A DNA stretch of 63,163 bases, counting the filler, from Choristocarpus tenellus KU-1152 (taxonomy: Eukaryota > Protista > Phaeophyceae), in the NCBI GenBank assembly GCA_964200185.2. It is 11 parts of 11 records of this genome, joined end to end, with 100 filler letters (N's around TTAATTAATTAA, not from the genome) between each part and the next. Parts side by side here need not be neighbours in the genome. Positions count along the whole stretch, not along the records: positions 47,252 to 52,062 come from CAXNAD020012968.1; positions 52,163 to 56,998 come from CAXNAD020012868.1; positions 57,099 to 60,360 come from CAXNAD020021187.1; 8 more parts are not named here. One strand, given 5' to 3'. Made by a program: the position numbers and the translations under genes. Positions 48,051 through 60,360 of the stretch are shown here, in pieces. The first letter of the stretch is position 1; every line of letters starts with the position of its first letter. A model generated the notes under the pieces. It made no database searches, was not told where the DNA came from, and saw only the letters and a program-made list of their open reading frames with translations.

Positions 48051-51000
48051 AAGCATTAGGGTTAGGGTTAGGCACTTCCCTAGTCCTTCTGGTTCATAAA
48101 AAAATCCGTGGTGAAAGGTGTAATGATTCCATTGGTGGAGAACGTAGCGACTCCCAGATTGTATCGGCGGAATCTTCTTGGAGGGTTCCTTTTCGAAACG
48201 ATGATGGCGTGCATAGAATAGCACGCAGTAATCATGCGCATCTATTCCAAGCTGTGAAGATCTTCTGGAGGATACTCGTGATTTGACGTGCTCCAAGCAT
48301 CTAAAAAGTAGGTGACTGGGGACATCATGATGCGTCTCATCACCCAGTAGGGGGTTGGTGTGCGCAAGCAATGGTTGCCACCTTCTGTGTATGTACTAAT
48401 TGCGCAGGAAGTCACTGTTTAATTTTCCTCAAGACTTGAGTTAATAAAAAACTGTCAATATTTTTGGAGGGGAGAGTGGCGATCCTAGTTGTATGAACAC
48501 TTTGATCATGACTGGTAGTTACAGTCCTAGTGATGACGAAGCCTTCTTTTGTTGGTTGTGGAGACAAGCTTCGCACTCATATTTTATCCAATGCCTCAAG
48601 TGTACATGTTCGCAATGACTGGTGCTGCTGTATGGAACACATCTCTTCGAGGAAGTCAAGTCATACCATTCATCACTTGTTCATTTCTCGTGCAAAACAT
48701 CACTATGTAACTCAAGATCTGTCAGCTAATGAATACCCTGGTTTTGATGGCTCATCTTAGTATTAATGCGCTAGGGGGCCTTGTCAATTTGTGCAGAACA
48801 ACTCAGTTTCCAGTTTACGGCGAACCTAGTGTAGGTCGATACTTGCACAGTTCACCCAAACTGACCCATCATGGTACTTGATTATGGGTATTTTCTTGCC
48901 CGATTTTTTCCGATCTTCTAACTACAGAGAGTATTATTATAAAATTTGAATTGTTGTGACTTCGTTAACCTATGAGACACCCCAATAGTGCACCATCAAT
49001 ATTTTTTTGCTGAATGCAATAGGCTTGCAATCTGCATACAAAAGAGTGTCCACTTCTTTGCGTTGACATCAGAAAGAAAAGGTAGATGTTATACACCACT
49101 TTTATATGGCATGAGTGATGATGTATTTTGTGAGCAGTGTATCTCGAAGTAGCCCTTCTTCTCTCACGCGGCTTTCTTACTGGGTGGAGGTGAACGGCTA
49201 TGTACACATTTTGAAACCATGTTTGCCTTGTGGTCAGGGTTCTACTTGTCTAGGGGGGATAATTGATCATTTTGGGCGATGATAGATGATAAAAGACGAT
49301 GGGATAGTGTAATCGAAAAGATTCAAAACGAAAGGAGCCTTCTCATTTGTCAATCCTTTATCGTTGTCTCAAACCTACCTAGCATAACTACCTGTACCTT
49401 GTTTGGGCGCTTCTTGCTATCTCGCCATCATACTTACAATCTTCTCTGGATTTTTTCACCACCATCAAGTACCAGGCCACAAAGCATTGCACAAAATCGT
49501 CAAGAAGAGAACAAGGGATTTTGTTTGCTACTACTCAGAAAGTACATCTAATATGCTGAGTGAAGGATAGGAAACGTACCCTTGGTTGGATTCCAATAAT
49601 GAAAACAAATATGTGCGAAATTCGGAACATTTTATAAATGCGTATAGGATATTTTTGAGATTACATCGGAAAAGTTACAAACAGTACGGGAATAACAGTC
49701 TCAAGTCAAACTTAGAACATCTACAGAAATATGAGTGAATTGCAAAAGATTGAAAAACAGGCTTAAAATGCAAAACGGTCTAAACCTGGGTATCTCTCTC
49801 GTTTAGTTCTGGTCCCTATTTACAAACAAATATTGGCAAATATGTGTAACTTATCAAACATGAATAGTAATATACATGCACTTAGTACGTGCCTAACTAG
49901 CTGAGCATAGGATCTTGTGGAGAAGAGCACCTCACACACATTCGTTATCCGTCCTTTCTGGCACACTCTCCTTGACCCTCCCGCTATATTATAATCATTA
50001 TCATAAATGGACGGTGTTATTTTAATGATACATGGTGAGTTCCTATTTCAACACTGTTCCTACTACAAAAAATGTTTATTATGGTAACATCTCACTCAAA
50101 CGAGCAGTACTTTTTTGTCATACCTGTTTGTTTTCTGGACCTGGTCCAAGGTATCGACAACAAGAAATAAATATATCAATTCATTCACCCTTCCATAGTC
50201 CGATATCAATATGATATTGGGCATCATAAAATAAGATGTTAATGCACTACTACTTGTCGGTCATTCTTGCAGTACAAAACTAGAAAATAAATGGGCAACT
50301 CCCAAAAGCATGAAAAAAGTGAGGGACTGCATTTCCGAAAGGTCGTCTAAGGGAAAGGAGTGTAAAGACTAAAAGACCACATGCCGGACAAATCAAATGT
50401 GAATTGTGGAGTACAAGTCAATGACAGAAATTTGACATATATATGCATGTTGGACGACATCCTCAAAATCAAACATTTTGGAGTTAAGATTCCACTTGTG
50501 GATCCCAACATATATTATTATTATACATTTTGCACAGATGTGTCAGGGAAAAGTCAAATAAATATCATAAGAAACCCTGTAAAAGTAACAGTTGCCGTAA
50601 ATGTGAAATATATCTTTCTATAGTCTTTTTCTATTTGATTATCAGGTATGCTACACCACTCCCTGCTATGCCTCCAACCTAGCTTAGCCCTACACCACAG
50701 AGCGGGGAACTAGGGAAACATTCCAAGAATCTGACAGGCCTCTCCTTTCCCTTTTCCCTGATGTCTCCAATCATTTGTGCGCATCCATATTTCTGAGAGT
50801 GGTGGGGGACAACTCTTCCGACAACATGATGAGATGTTGATGAACCAACTCTCTGTGATTTGTACAACTTGTGCTCAACAAGCACAAATAATTTTGGAGG
50901 TATTCAAATCAATGCATGCATTTGTACCAGTGAACTGTTTGTACACAATTCGCAGATAGAAGAGGAGTGGTACGTACAAGTGTTGTACATATTTTCTATT

Positions 51001-51431
51001 ATTATACCCTCTGACATTTTGCACATGCGTCAGGGAAAAAGCCAAACCAATATCACGGGGACACTTTTAAAACAGTTGTCGTACATGTGAAAGATATCTC
51101 TCCGATATCTATTTACTATCTGAATACAAATTTCGTAGAGAGGTGAGTGGTATGACAAATATTCGTACACGTTTCGGAGTGGACGAGGTGTTGCGACATG
51201 ACGTCTTTTTTAGGGTTTATTCTGACATGTGAATGATTGTCGTTGGTTTTTCCACGGACACATCTGCAAAATATCAGAGGGCATAATAATATAAATATAT
51301 TGTATTTTAAGTGTTTAGGACAAGATTGTGGTGGTACCAATACGCGATATAAACGAGTACTGACCACCGATATACAGGGGTACATTTTTTAACTTCCAAT
51401 TAAAGTTAAGAGCGACTCCAACAGGTATATT

Positions 51432-52062
51432 TTTTTAATATGCCCTCTGACATTTTCCAGACGTGTCAGGGGAAAAATCAATGAAAAACTATTCAAATGT
51501 CTTGGGGCACAGGGGAAGGGAGGGGACAGAGAGAAGAATAAGAATTAGCAAGAAGGGGACGAATAGTTAAGTAATGGGGGGCTAAGAGAGGGAGGAGAGA
51601 AATTAAAGAAATTAGTGGTAGGTGGAGACGCAGGAGAAAAAGGCATGGTCAGTATTGAAAAGATTGCCAAGGGCTGGGGGCACAAGACGAGGAGAGCGAG
51701 AACAAGACAACCTCCGATCAAGCTCTCCCGCCCACTCACCCTGTCGCTTGCTCACGACCGATGTGGATGATGGGAAAAAGGGAAGGGAGGTCAAGGTTGA
51801 GCAGGGTAGATGTTTTCCAGCTCAAAGACACGGTGTGAAGTGGATGATGAAGGGGTGTTCTTGGATGATTGCTGAGTGGTGTTGAATGGTGTTGAGTGGT
51901 GTGGGGTGAGTGGAGTGGTAACTGGTGTGGGTTTGAGGGGAGTGGTAAGTTGTGTAGGGTTGAAGGGTGGGGGGGGGTGACTAGAAATCAATGGCGAAGG
52001 TGGTTCGCCCTGATTGGTCATCAGATGTGGGAGGTGTCTGGAAATCAATGGCGAAGGGGGGT
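51432..52062 (-). mobile_element. Non-LTR retroposon 3' portion ending in the stem-loop/A-rich tail
   Basis: Homologous to 20640-20900 and 52163-52445; runs directly into the CTGACA/TGTCAG stem-loop and A tail at 51432-51492. Confidence 0.5.
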
Positions 52063-52162
52063 NNNNNNNNNNNNNNNNNNNNNNNNNNNNNNNNNNNNNN
52101 NNNNNNTTAATTAATTAANNNNNNNNNNNNNNNNNNNNNNNNNNNNNNNNNNNNNNNNNNNN

Positions 52163-52445
52163 CCCCTTAACCAGTATTCCCGTCGTTCATGAGCAAGCGA
52201 CAGGGTGGGTGGGCGGGAGAGCTTGCACGGTGGTTGCCTTGGTCTCCCCTGCTCGTCCTGTACCACTGGTTCTCAGCCCTCTTATTACTTACTGAACGCT
52301 GCTCTTACCCTCTTCCTACCACTCGTTTCCATTAACCTTTCCCCCCTTCTCTAACTATTTATTCTCTTCCTGCTTCCTTCTTTTTCTTTCCACTTCCCTT
52401 TCCTCTGCCCCTAGCCAACCAGAATTCTTCCGCCCACAGGTTACT
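52163..52445 (+). repeat. Further copy of the same retroposon 3' region
   Basis: TGAGCAAGCGACAGGGTG.GTGGGCGGGAGAGCTTG is the reverse complement of ~51719-51754; CCAACCAGAATTCTTCCGCCCACA matches ~20645-20668. Confidence 0.7.
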
Positions 52446-54357
52446 TCATAAACTCTCACTTGTGTACGGAAAGGGGGAATATCAGTTTGGAATACACTAT
52501 TGTTCACGTAAGACAATGAAATAGTGTATTCTACAGGGAAAGAAAGATGGTTAGAATGCAAAAGGGTTCAAATTTGCCTTGCCTTTCAATTGGTTTGGGT
52601 CATTGTGAGTAAAATAATTCTAAAATGGACTATAATAACAATATACATCTATAAATAGTCCTTTCGATGCAAGTATTCTACTCAGTAATAGTAGTATGAA
52701 ATAATAGCAACATATGGATGACAAATTCAAAAACACACGTGAAGATCCTCTATCCTGATGTATCGGTCCAATCTTCTCCTAGTGTACCTGAGTCAGGGCA
52801 TAATTATGTGGATTCTGGACAAGGTGGGTTAACCCTTCCCCTCCTTAGAGAACTGATCGAACATCATGGTGGTACAGGGTTAGCGAGTATTTTTTTGTTC
52901 ATCACGTACTTAGAGTTGGCACAAACTCTGAAGGGAGTGGACAGGGAGTTGACAGGGACAAGGTGAGGGACTTGTGGGTACCGTATGTATATGGTGACCG
53001 TCATTTTGCTCGCGTTTGATGCTGCGTTGAAAGTATCAACGATAGATCACCAATCTTTGGACTCTGACTCATTCAATTTGGTGGTGGATGTGAAAGTTGT
53101 GTATATAATAGGTGGGTGATTTGTTCTGGATGGGGTGTTAATACAGTGCTAAGTTATGAGCGAATTAATCGGAGTTGGAGTTGAACGATCGATGTGTTGA
53201 GTGGGTATGATGTCGAATCCGCACATAGATAGGGTGGGATGTATGTGTTCTTGAAGTGATGTGTACGTTTTTGATCAACGCAGCATCGTATGTAAAAGAG
53301 TACAATGTATAGAGTGGTGTAGATTATAAGTGATACTAAAATAGAAAATAATACAAAAATGTGTCTCGCATTTACCACAGCTGTTGCTTTTTCAGGGGTT
53401 CTGATATTTGAATGGTTTTTCATTAGTATTTTTTGGCACATCTCCAAATGTCAGAGAGTATAACAAAAAAAATCCGTATGAACCTTCACCATCACCAACG
53501 CTTAATTTTGAACAAATTTAGGGTTGATGTTAGGGACAAAATTAAGTCTAATATCAGTTGTACTTTTAATATTTTGACGTCTAATATTTTGTATCGTATG
53601 TGTAAGTATATTAATCTCTCTATATACCACAACTTCATACCATCTGCCCACCAACAATACAGAAATGAAGAAATTTCCCGATTTGCCTTGTGGTGGGTTC
53701 AAAGAATACCCCCCATTATGGCGTTTTCAAGACATTCATTTCAAATATGAAATGGGGGTGGATCAACATTGGAGTTCTTTGTTATAGGTGAGTTTACACT
53801 CTTTTCACTTACTATTTAAACACCACTTCCTCTAAGTAGAATGTGCTGATTAAATAGACGTATGGTGTTCAATATTTCTAAGCTACTGTTGATTGATTTA
53901 ATGATTTATGAAATAAATAGTAGTGATAGAGTTGATGTATTATTGGTTATGCATATATTTTTTTAGAACTGTATTGGTACTGTTATTTCATTCAGTGATT
54001 TATTCTATACAGTTGACAGTTTCAACCCTGATAAGATATGAGTTTGCATCGTTCAACGTTCTGTGTTGTTTAAGGTAGGAAGATTTTGCCGAGGCGTTGG
54101 CTCTCAGAAAATGGAAAAACCCTCAAAAACTGTTCCTCAACGACCATCACTGATCAAGTCATGATGTAATATATATGATAATATAGATCCGCCATATCCC
54201 CAAGCGTTCACGGTCCAGAACAAATACACACACACACATGCATATCTCTAAGGAACCCCTTGTATGGGGAATTGATGTTTGAGTGAACGGTCAACGATAC
54301 CCTTGTAGGGTGTAAAAGATAGTCGTGGGTAAGAGGACTTCCATTCGTCTATGAACC

Positions 54358-56556
54358 ATGTTGTCATGGTGGCCTGGTCGATCTTCTGCCTATACGGATA
54401 CCCCATCACGTTCTTTCGATCAGGAGATAGGAGGTGACGACACTGCTGACGACATGGCTACTCGACCGAGGCTCCAAGCAAAGTCATTGGCTATGCTCAA
54501 TGCAGCCGAGGAGGCCATCTACCCTACCAATGTGGGTACCTGTTGTGTTTTGCCCCCGTGTCATTGAAAGCATGACTGGAACCGCCATGATCATTATGAT
54601 CAAGATAAGTTTCTTACCCTTCATATCCCCACCCTTATCCGGCTCGATCACAGGTCAAGATCCAGGTTCTGCTGGCTCAGCAAAACTTGAAGGGTTCACG
54701 TCGACAGAGGTCCGACGAACTTCACGAGGTGAGAGGGAAAGATCGGAACATCAGGATCAAAAGGAATCCTGTGACGCAGTAGATAGACCGCAACTTGGAG
54801 AATGGATAGATTGTGGTGTTCCCCTGTCAGCAGCCGAGAGTGCCCAACTGTCATGCTTAATTCATTCCTGTTACATTTCGATTCTTTCTCAGGCCTTGCA
54901 GCAGGTGATCCGTGTGGCTGCACTTTACCGGTTACTCTGCATCGCTCAGCATGAGTCAACACGAAAGAACTACCAGGTTCGTGTCTCGTTCGTCTGACCA
55001 ACTTCTTGCTTCTGCCCCCCCATCGGTCTTTCCGTCTTGTGGGCTCAAGGTTTGGGGGAAGTGCGTTTACAGGATGTATTGCCTTCAGTTTTGATCAAAC
55101 TGATGGTGACGATATCATTGTGTGATCATGCGCTGGACCTGCACCTTGATATCAGACCAAATCTGCGTTCCAAATCGATGGATGTGACAGCACAAATGTG
55201 AAGCTTCGCCACCTTGTTCGGATCGTTTGCGTTGTCATTAATGAATAGATTAGTACGTGGGTACCTTCCTTTCAGCCTGAGTAGGAGGTCCTTTGCACCC
55301 GTTTCGAAAAATTGTTTGCCTGGGAGGAAGGATAAAACTTCTCCCTATTGGGACTTCAGTTGAGCGCTGAGTCGGGTGTTCTGTTGTCCTCTGCGCATAT
55401 GTCAATTGTGGGTCTTTCCGAGTCGATTCATCCCACCGTATGCATAACGAGACCCTCCAATCCTGTTTTGTGTCACTGCTTGCTTGACCCCCGTATATTG
55501 GCTCAGTCTCTCCCGGGCTCTGCCCGCCTCAAATGGCGGTTACACCGAAATACAAGCACTTGATTTTTTAGGATGTTGAATCTTGGTGAAACTTTTGATT
55601 TTAGTCTCAAGTGGCCAAGTGAACTTTGGCAAATACTAGCGCAATAGAGGTGCTTGCCCTTCACCCGTCTCCTCTCATCTCCGATGCATGCGTCCACATC
55701 AAGTTGAGTTGGGAAGGCGAGAGTATCCTCAAGATTACCCAACTCCCCCCCTCCAATTCCGTCAGCTCAGCCGATAAGGACCATCATCACTCTTGCATAT
55801 TTAAAATTGGAGCACAGAAATAATGAGAAATTCACTCCAACTCCTAACCCTCCCTCTTGCCTGGTCCCAAATGGGCCTATCTGATCCCAATAGGAGCTCG
55901 AACGTCTTCTGAGGTATGACCTTAGCGAGGTAGTGACTGCAGCTGACTTTGAGAAGAGACGTGCCCGTTTCCACAAAGCAGTTAAACGCAGTGGTGGCCT
56001 GTGCAATCCCGACCAGCTGATCAAGATGTCTTCAGCAGGACAGCGTAGCAGGTCTAACCCGGGGGGTGCTGGTGCTGGTGCTGGTGCTGGTGCTGGAATG
56101 GCATCCTTATCAGGAGATCTTGGAGGGGGAGTGGACCATAATCAGCGAGTGAGATCAGGCTCAGGCCAAGTACTGGGGATGGGGGAGGGTGCTGGGAATG
56201 AGAGAGAGAGGACTAGGGTGGTTTTGGAGAAAGACTTGCTGACTTCAAAGTGTGTTGCGCATTACTTGCACTTCTTATGGGTGCGTGCCGAGTGGCTTGC
56301 TATGAAACTGTCAGATATGATGCCCTCTTTAGCGGGGGCTCTTGGAAATATGGAGCTTCCTCTGTGGGAGGAGAAGGAGGAAGCAGTGTCGGCATCGTCA
56401 CCGGTGCATACAGAGACTGGGCGGTGGAGGGGAGAGGGGGTGGTTGTAGGGGTGGAGGATAGAAAGGGTGGTGTGAGAGGAGACAGAAGGGGAGAGAGCG
56501 AGGAGGTGGGTGTGGGGGTTGGAGAGGGACAGACCGTAGGTTTTTATTGTACTTAG
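54358..56556 (+). CDS. Hypothetical protein, 4 exons, function unknown
   Basis: Exons 54358-54531, 54654-54728, 54893-54976 and 55894-56556 are all GT-AG and phase 0: ...AEEAIYPTN|VKIQVLLAQQNLKGSRRQRSDELHE|ALQQVIRVAALYRLLCIAQHESTRKNYQ|ELERLLRYDLSEVVTAADFEKRRARFHKAVKR... Contains a (GGTGCT)n Gly-Ala repeat. The 3' end may splice at ~56537. Confidence 0.75.
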
Positions 56557-57223
56557 TAGATGCAGTTTGTTTATGTTAGGTTTTTTCTTGTTTTGGATAC
56601 TGCAGTGGAGAAGTGAGAGGATCTGGTACATTTACACAAACATATATATATATAGCTATCTATATTTGTATTTCTTGTGGGGGTACTGAGTAAAAATGAC
56701 TGTAAGAGGTACCTTGAAGTGCATGTTGTTTTCATGCATGCGCTTTGGTGTGTGTTCCAGATGTGGGTGTTGATGTTCACAATGTGTCTATGTCAAACGA
56801 TTTGCAGTGTCTTGAGGTCTGGACAAGCAAATATTCCTTTGATCCTATCTGCTACTGTGTCAGTGAGTAACGACTGGAGCAGTACCAGGACCACCAGCAG
56901 CCCAGCAATTGTGGGTTCCTCCCTCCCCTCTGGCATAATCAGTCCCTTTTTTTTTTTCCCACGTCTTTGCCATTTCATTTTTTTATTCAAACCGTTCCNN
57001 NNNNNNNNNNNNNNNNNNNNNNNNNNNNNNNNNNNNNNNNNNTTAATTAATTAANNNNNNNNNNNNNNNNNNNNNNNNNNNNNNNNNNNNNNNNNNNNAA
57101 GGGAAGGTTGCATTTTTGAATTGTGGGCATGAGGAAGGACTTGTCCTACACCAAAAGGTTACGTATGTACAGAATGATACCACAAACCCTAACCCTAACA
57201 TTCAATACTAACATTCAAGATTT

Positions 57224-57481
57224 GAGTCAAAGTATCTTAGAGGGTAGAGCCGTGTCCATTTGGGAGAAAAATCTAATGTTGCAATTTTGATGTAATTTTG
57301 GCTATTGTGCTTGTTAGGAGATGTCAATATCCATTTTCCTAACACAGCTTTTCATAACGTACACATTTTGCCTACTCTGAAATATTTTGGAGTTGGAAAA
57401 TGTAAAAAAACAAAACATGGGAAGCCAAGTCCCAAATGGAAAAACAGGGCAAATCTCCTACCCTCTAACATACTTTCACTC
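57224..57481 (+). mobile_element. Sola2-like MITE copy 9, full length, TSD ATTT
   Basis: ATTT at 57220-57223 and 57482-57485 flanking GAG...CTC. Confidence 0.92.
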
Positions 57482-58124
57482 ATTTCCTCCTCCTATATAC
57501 AACATTCATTCCATTGACAATCAGCCATTCCAACTAATTAAAAATCATAAAATTTTCCTCCCATTAAAAAAAAAAGTCCTTGCTCACTTCCACAACTAAC
57601 TGAAGGGTAGAAAGACACCCGCCTAAAAAAATAAATAAATGATACGCCGATGAGAGGAAAGGTCAAGTTTTTTTTTTATATAGCAATTAAAATTTAAAGG
57701 TCAAATGATTTTTTTTTAAATTAAAATTAAGAACCCTACAATTTTAGTGACAATTACAGTACGCACCTTATTTCCTAAGAAATATTTTTAAACACTTCAA
57801 AAAAAGAAAACAAAAATACAAAAAACAATTTCCCCCTACCCCACAAAGATCACACAGAAAAACTCTTTTAACAATTCATTCTTTAGAATACACACACACA
57901 ATTTATTTCTTCACTTTAAATATTCGAATTACAAGCACCTACACCTCTGCACTAATCCTAAAATAAAAAAAAAAATACAGCCACATTCAACAAAACCATA
58001 CTAATAGCCCTATCCCTATAATAATAAAAAGTATACCCTTTAAATACTACTACTGTTGCTGCTGTTGCTGCTGCAGCAGCTGCTCTTGATCAGTGTATCC
58101 ACTAACCCAACTGCCCACACTCAC

Positions 58125-58262
58125 CTACTGCAGGCCTTGACAACATCCCAAGAAGACTTGAAGGCAAATAGCTCCACATCCATGTGATACACTCCTTCTT
58201 TGGCAGTACTTTCAAGACTCAGTATCTCATCGTAGTAGGCGGGCATGAAACGGCAGCCACAC
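58125..58262 (-). CDS. Isolated internal exon of an unidentified gene
   Basis: TAG|...|GTGAGT, 138 nt, open frame CGCRFMPAYYDEILSLESTAKEGVYHMDVELFAFKSSWDVVKACS. Confidence 0.55.
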
Positions 58263-58299
58263 CTATTTTTTTTCAAAATGTTAATAATAATAATAACAA

Positions 58300-59335
58300 T
58301 TGTAAGTATGTTGATAATCTATCTTTATTGGGGGGGGATTATGTATGACGTGTAGGTTAAGAGACTTTCACTCTAATTATATTGACAACTTGTGTGGACG
58401 TTTTTTCCATCCAATCAACCACTCCCATCCCTGCAGCCCCTTCCAGAAGCTTGGAATTAGGGAGGGGGAAGATATCTCAAAGGATTGTCTCTTCCGAGAG
58501 GCAGTTGAAGGGTTGATGTGGGCCAGCAACATGACCAGGCCAGAAATGGCTAAATCAGTAAATTCTGTTGCCCATCATTCGCATGCTCTGAGCCAAGTAC
58601 ATTGGAGAGCTGTGACCCAGATCCTCAAGTACCTCAAAGGGACGCGAGAGTTGGGCCTAACCTATCAGAAAGGCACAGGATTGGATTTGATGACCTACGC
58701 TGATGCGGATTTTGCCAATGAGACGTTTGACAGAAGTTCTGTATCGGGGGGGGCAGTGATGTATGGGGGAGCAGCAGTTGCTTGGCTTTCTACGACCCAA
58801 AGTGTCATAGCACAGTCGACTGCAGAGGCAGAATACATAGCCATGGAGAACTGTGTGAAGGAGTTATTGTTTCTGCGAGGTGTGTTGGAGTTCTTGCAAC
58901 ATGATAGGACTGGGTCGTGTTATGTAGTGTATGAGGATAGCACAGGAGACATCCATTTGGCTAACAGCCCTTTGAGTTGTGGAAGGACTAAGCACATAGA
59001 TATGCGACATCATTTCCTAAGGGACTTGGTAGCTAAGGGACAAATAAGGATTGTTCATGTTACCTCAGATGAGCAGCATGCAGATGTATTGACCAAGCCT
59101 TTAGCACAAGAATCGTTTTGGAGGCATGCAGGGGCTTTGCTAAATTTAGACCATGTTTAGTGGTTTGTTTCTTGTTGAATTGGAATTTCTTTGTGTTTGT
59201 GTGGATTTTTATTTTTCAGTGAGTTCAAAAGCTGGTTGTTTTTCTTGTCATACAGGATTGACTTGAGGAGTTTCCAAGGATCCATAATTCTACCTCGTCA
59301 GTTCTCAAGAGTTGTTTGAGCTAGGGAGGGAGCTC
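58300..59335 (+). mobile_element. Ty1/Copia pol 3' fragment (RT C-terminus + RNase H) with probable polypurine tract
   Basis: ORF 58345-59160: FREAVEGLMW..TRPEMA..YADADFA..STAEAEYIAM..YEDS..RTKHIDMRHHFLRD..ADVLTKPL; AGGGAGGGAG at ~59323-59332. Confidence 0.93.
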
Positions 59336-59875
59336 GATTAGACTCTTCCAACACTATCGAACAGTTGTGGTAAACTGTGTATGGAGTAAGAGAATAATCA
59401 TTAGTGATTAAGTTATCAGAACATTTTATTTGTGATTAATTATATGAGAACATTTCTCATATAAGAGGAAATATTTCTGATTTTATGGGGTGCTGCATGC
59501 ACCACTTAGCTTTAATCGAATACTCTACAGACATCAAGTAATCTCCTTGGGTTTTTCACCTTTATTATTTTTGATGATTTGGGCGATATTTTCACAAGAC
59601 CCCCTTCTGTCGTTCTACCTCAATGCTTGATGCAGTCGAGAGAGAGAGAAAAAGAGTGTGTGAAAACCTCAAATGCATCATCGGTGCAGGACATGATTAC
59701 GGCGAACATAGACACGGCAAGAGAGTGAGAAGTTTGACCTATTGACCCATCCAATCATCTGTAGTGATTGGCACATCCTCATCAGCAACCATCTCAATGG
59801 ATAGCCCTCTTGAAAACTATGTGCCTTTTCAACTTTGTATCAGAGCACACGTTTCTATGCCGATGCATATATCTT

Positions 59876-60125
59876 GACCCAAAGTATCTTAGTGGGTAGA
59901 GCCACGTCCATTTGGGGGTCAAAATCCAATGTTGCGATTTTGATGTAATCTTGGCTATCTGGAAGTGTCAATATCCTTTTTCCGAACACACCTTTTCATA
60001 ACCTATACATATTGCCTACTCCGAAATGTTTTGGAGTAGGAAAATGTCATTAAAAAAAATGTGGGAAGCTAAGCCCCAAATGGGCAATCAGGACAAAACT
60101 CGTACCCTCTAAGATACTTCCACTC
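59876..60125 (+). mobile_element. Sola2-like MITE copy 10, TSD TCTT
   Basis: TCTT at 59872-59875 and 60126-60129. Confidence 0.9.
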
Positions 60126-60143
60126 TCTTCTGCTGGTTAACGT

Positions 60144-60360
60144 GATTGAAAGTATCTTTGAGAGTACGATTTTTTCCCTGTTAGTCCATTTGGGGCTGGG
60201 CTTCCCATGGGTTTTAATGACATTCTACCTACTCCAAATGTTTCGAAGGAGGTAAAATGTATACTTTATGAAAAGGGGTGTCTGGAACAAGGGAGTGAAA
60301 CTATCTTAGAGGGTACGAATTTTTCCCTGTTTGTCCATTTGTGGGCTTGGCTTCCCATGG
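60144..60360 (-). mobile_element. Two inverted partial MITE copies (60144-60292 and 60293-60360), the second apparently nested in the first
   Basis: GATTGAAAGTATCTTTGAGAGTACG... is interrupted at 60293 by a fresh GAGTGAAACTATCTTAGAGGGTACG terminus. Confidence 0.82.

Noticed and set aside
52781-52822. Possible small exon YLSQGIIMWILDK, plus exon-like stretches near 29380-29560, 50790-50900 and 56793-56935
   Set aside because: Splice-like borders, but no partner exons or recognisable motifs to support a gene call
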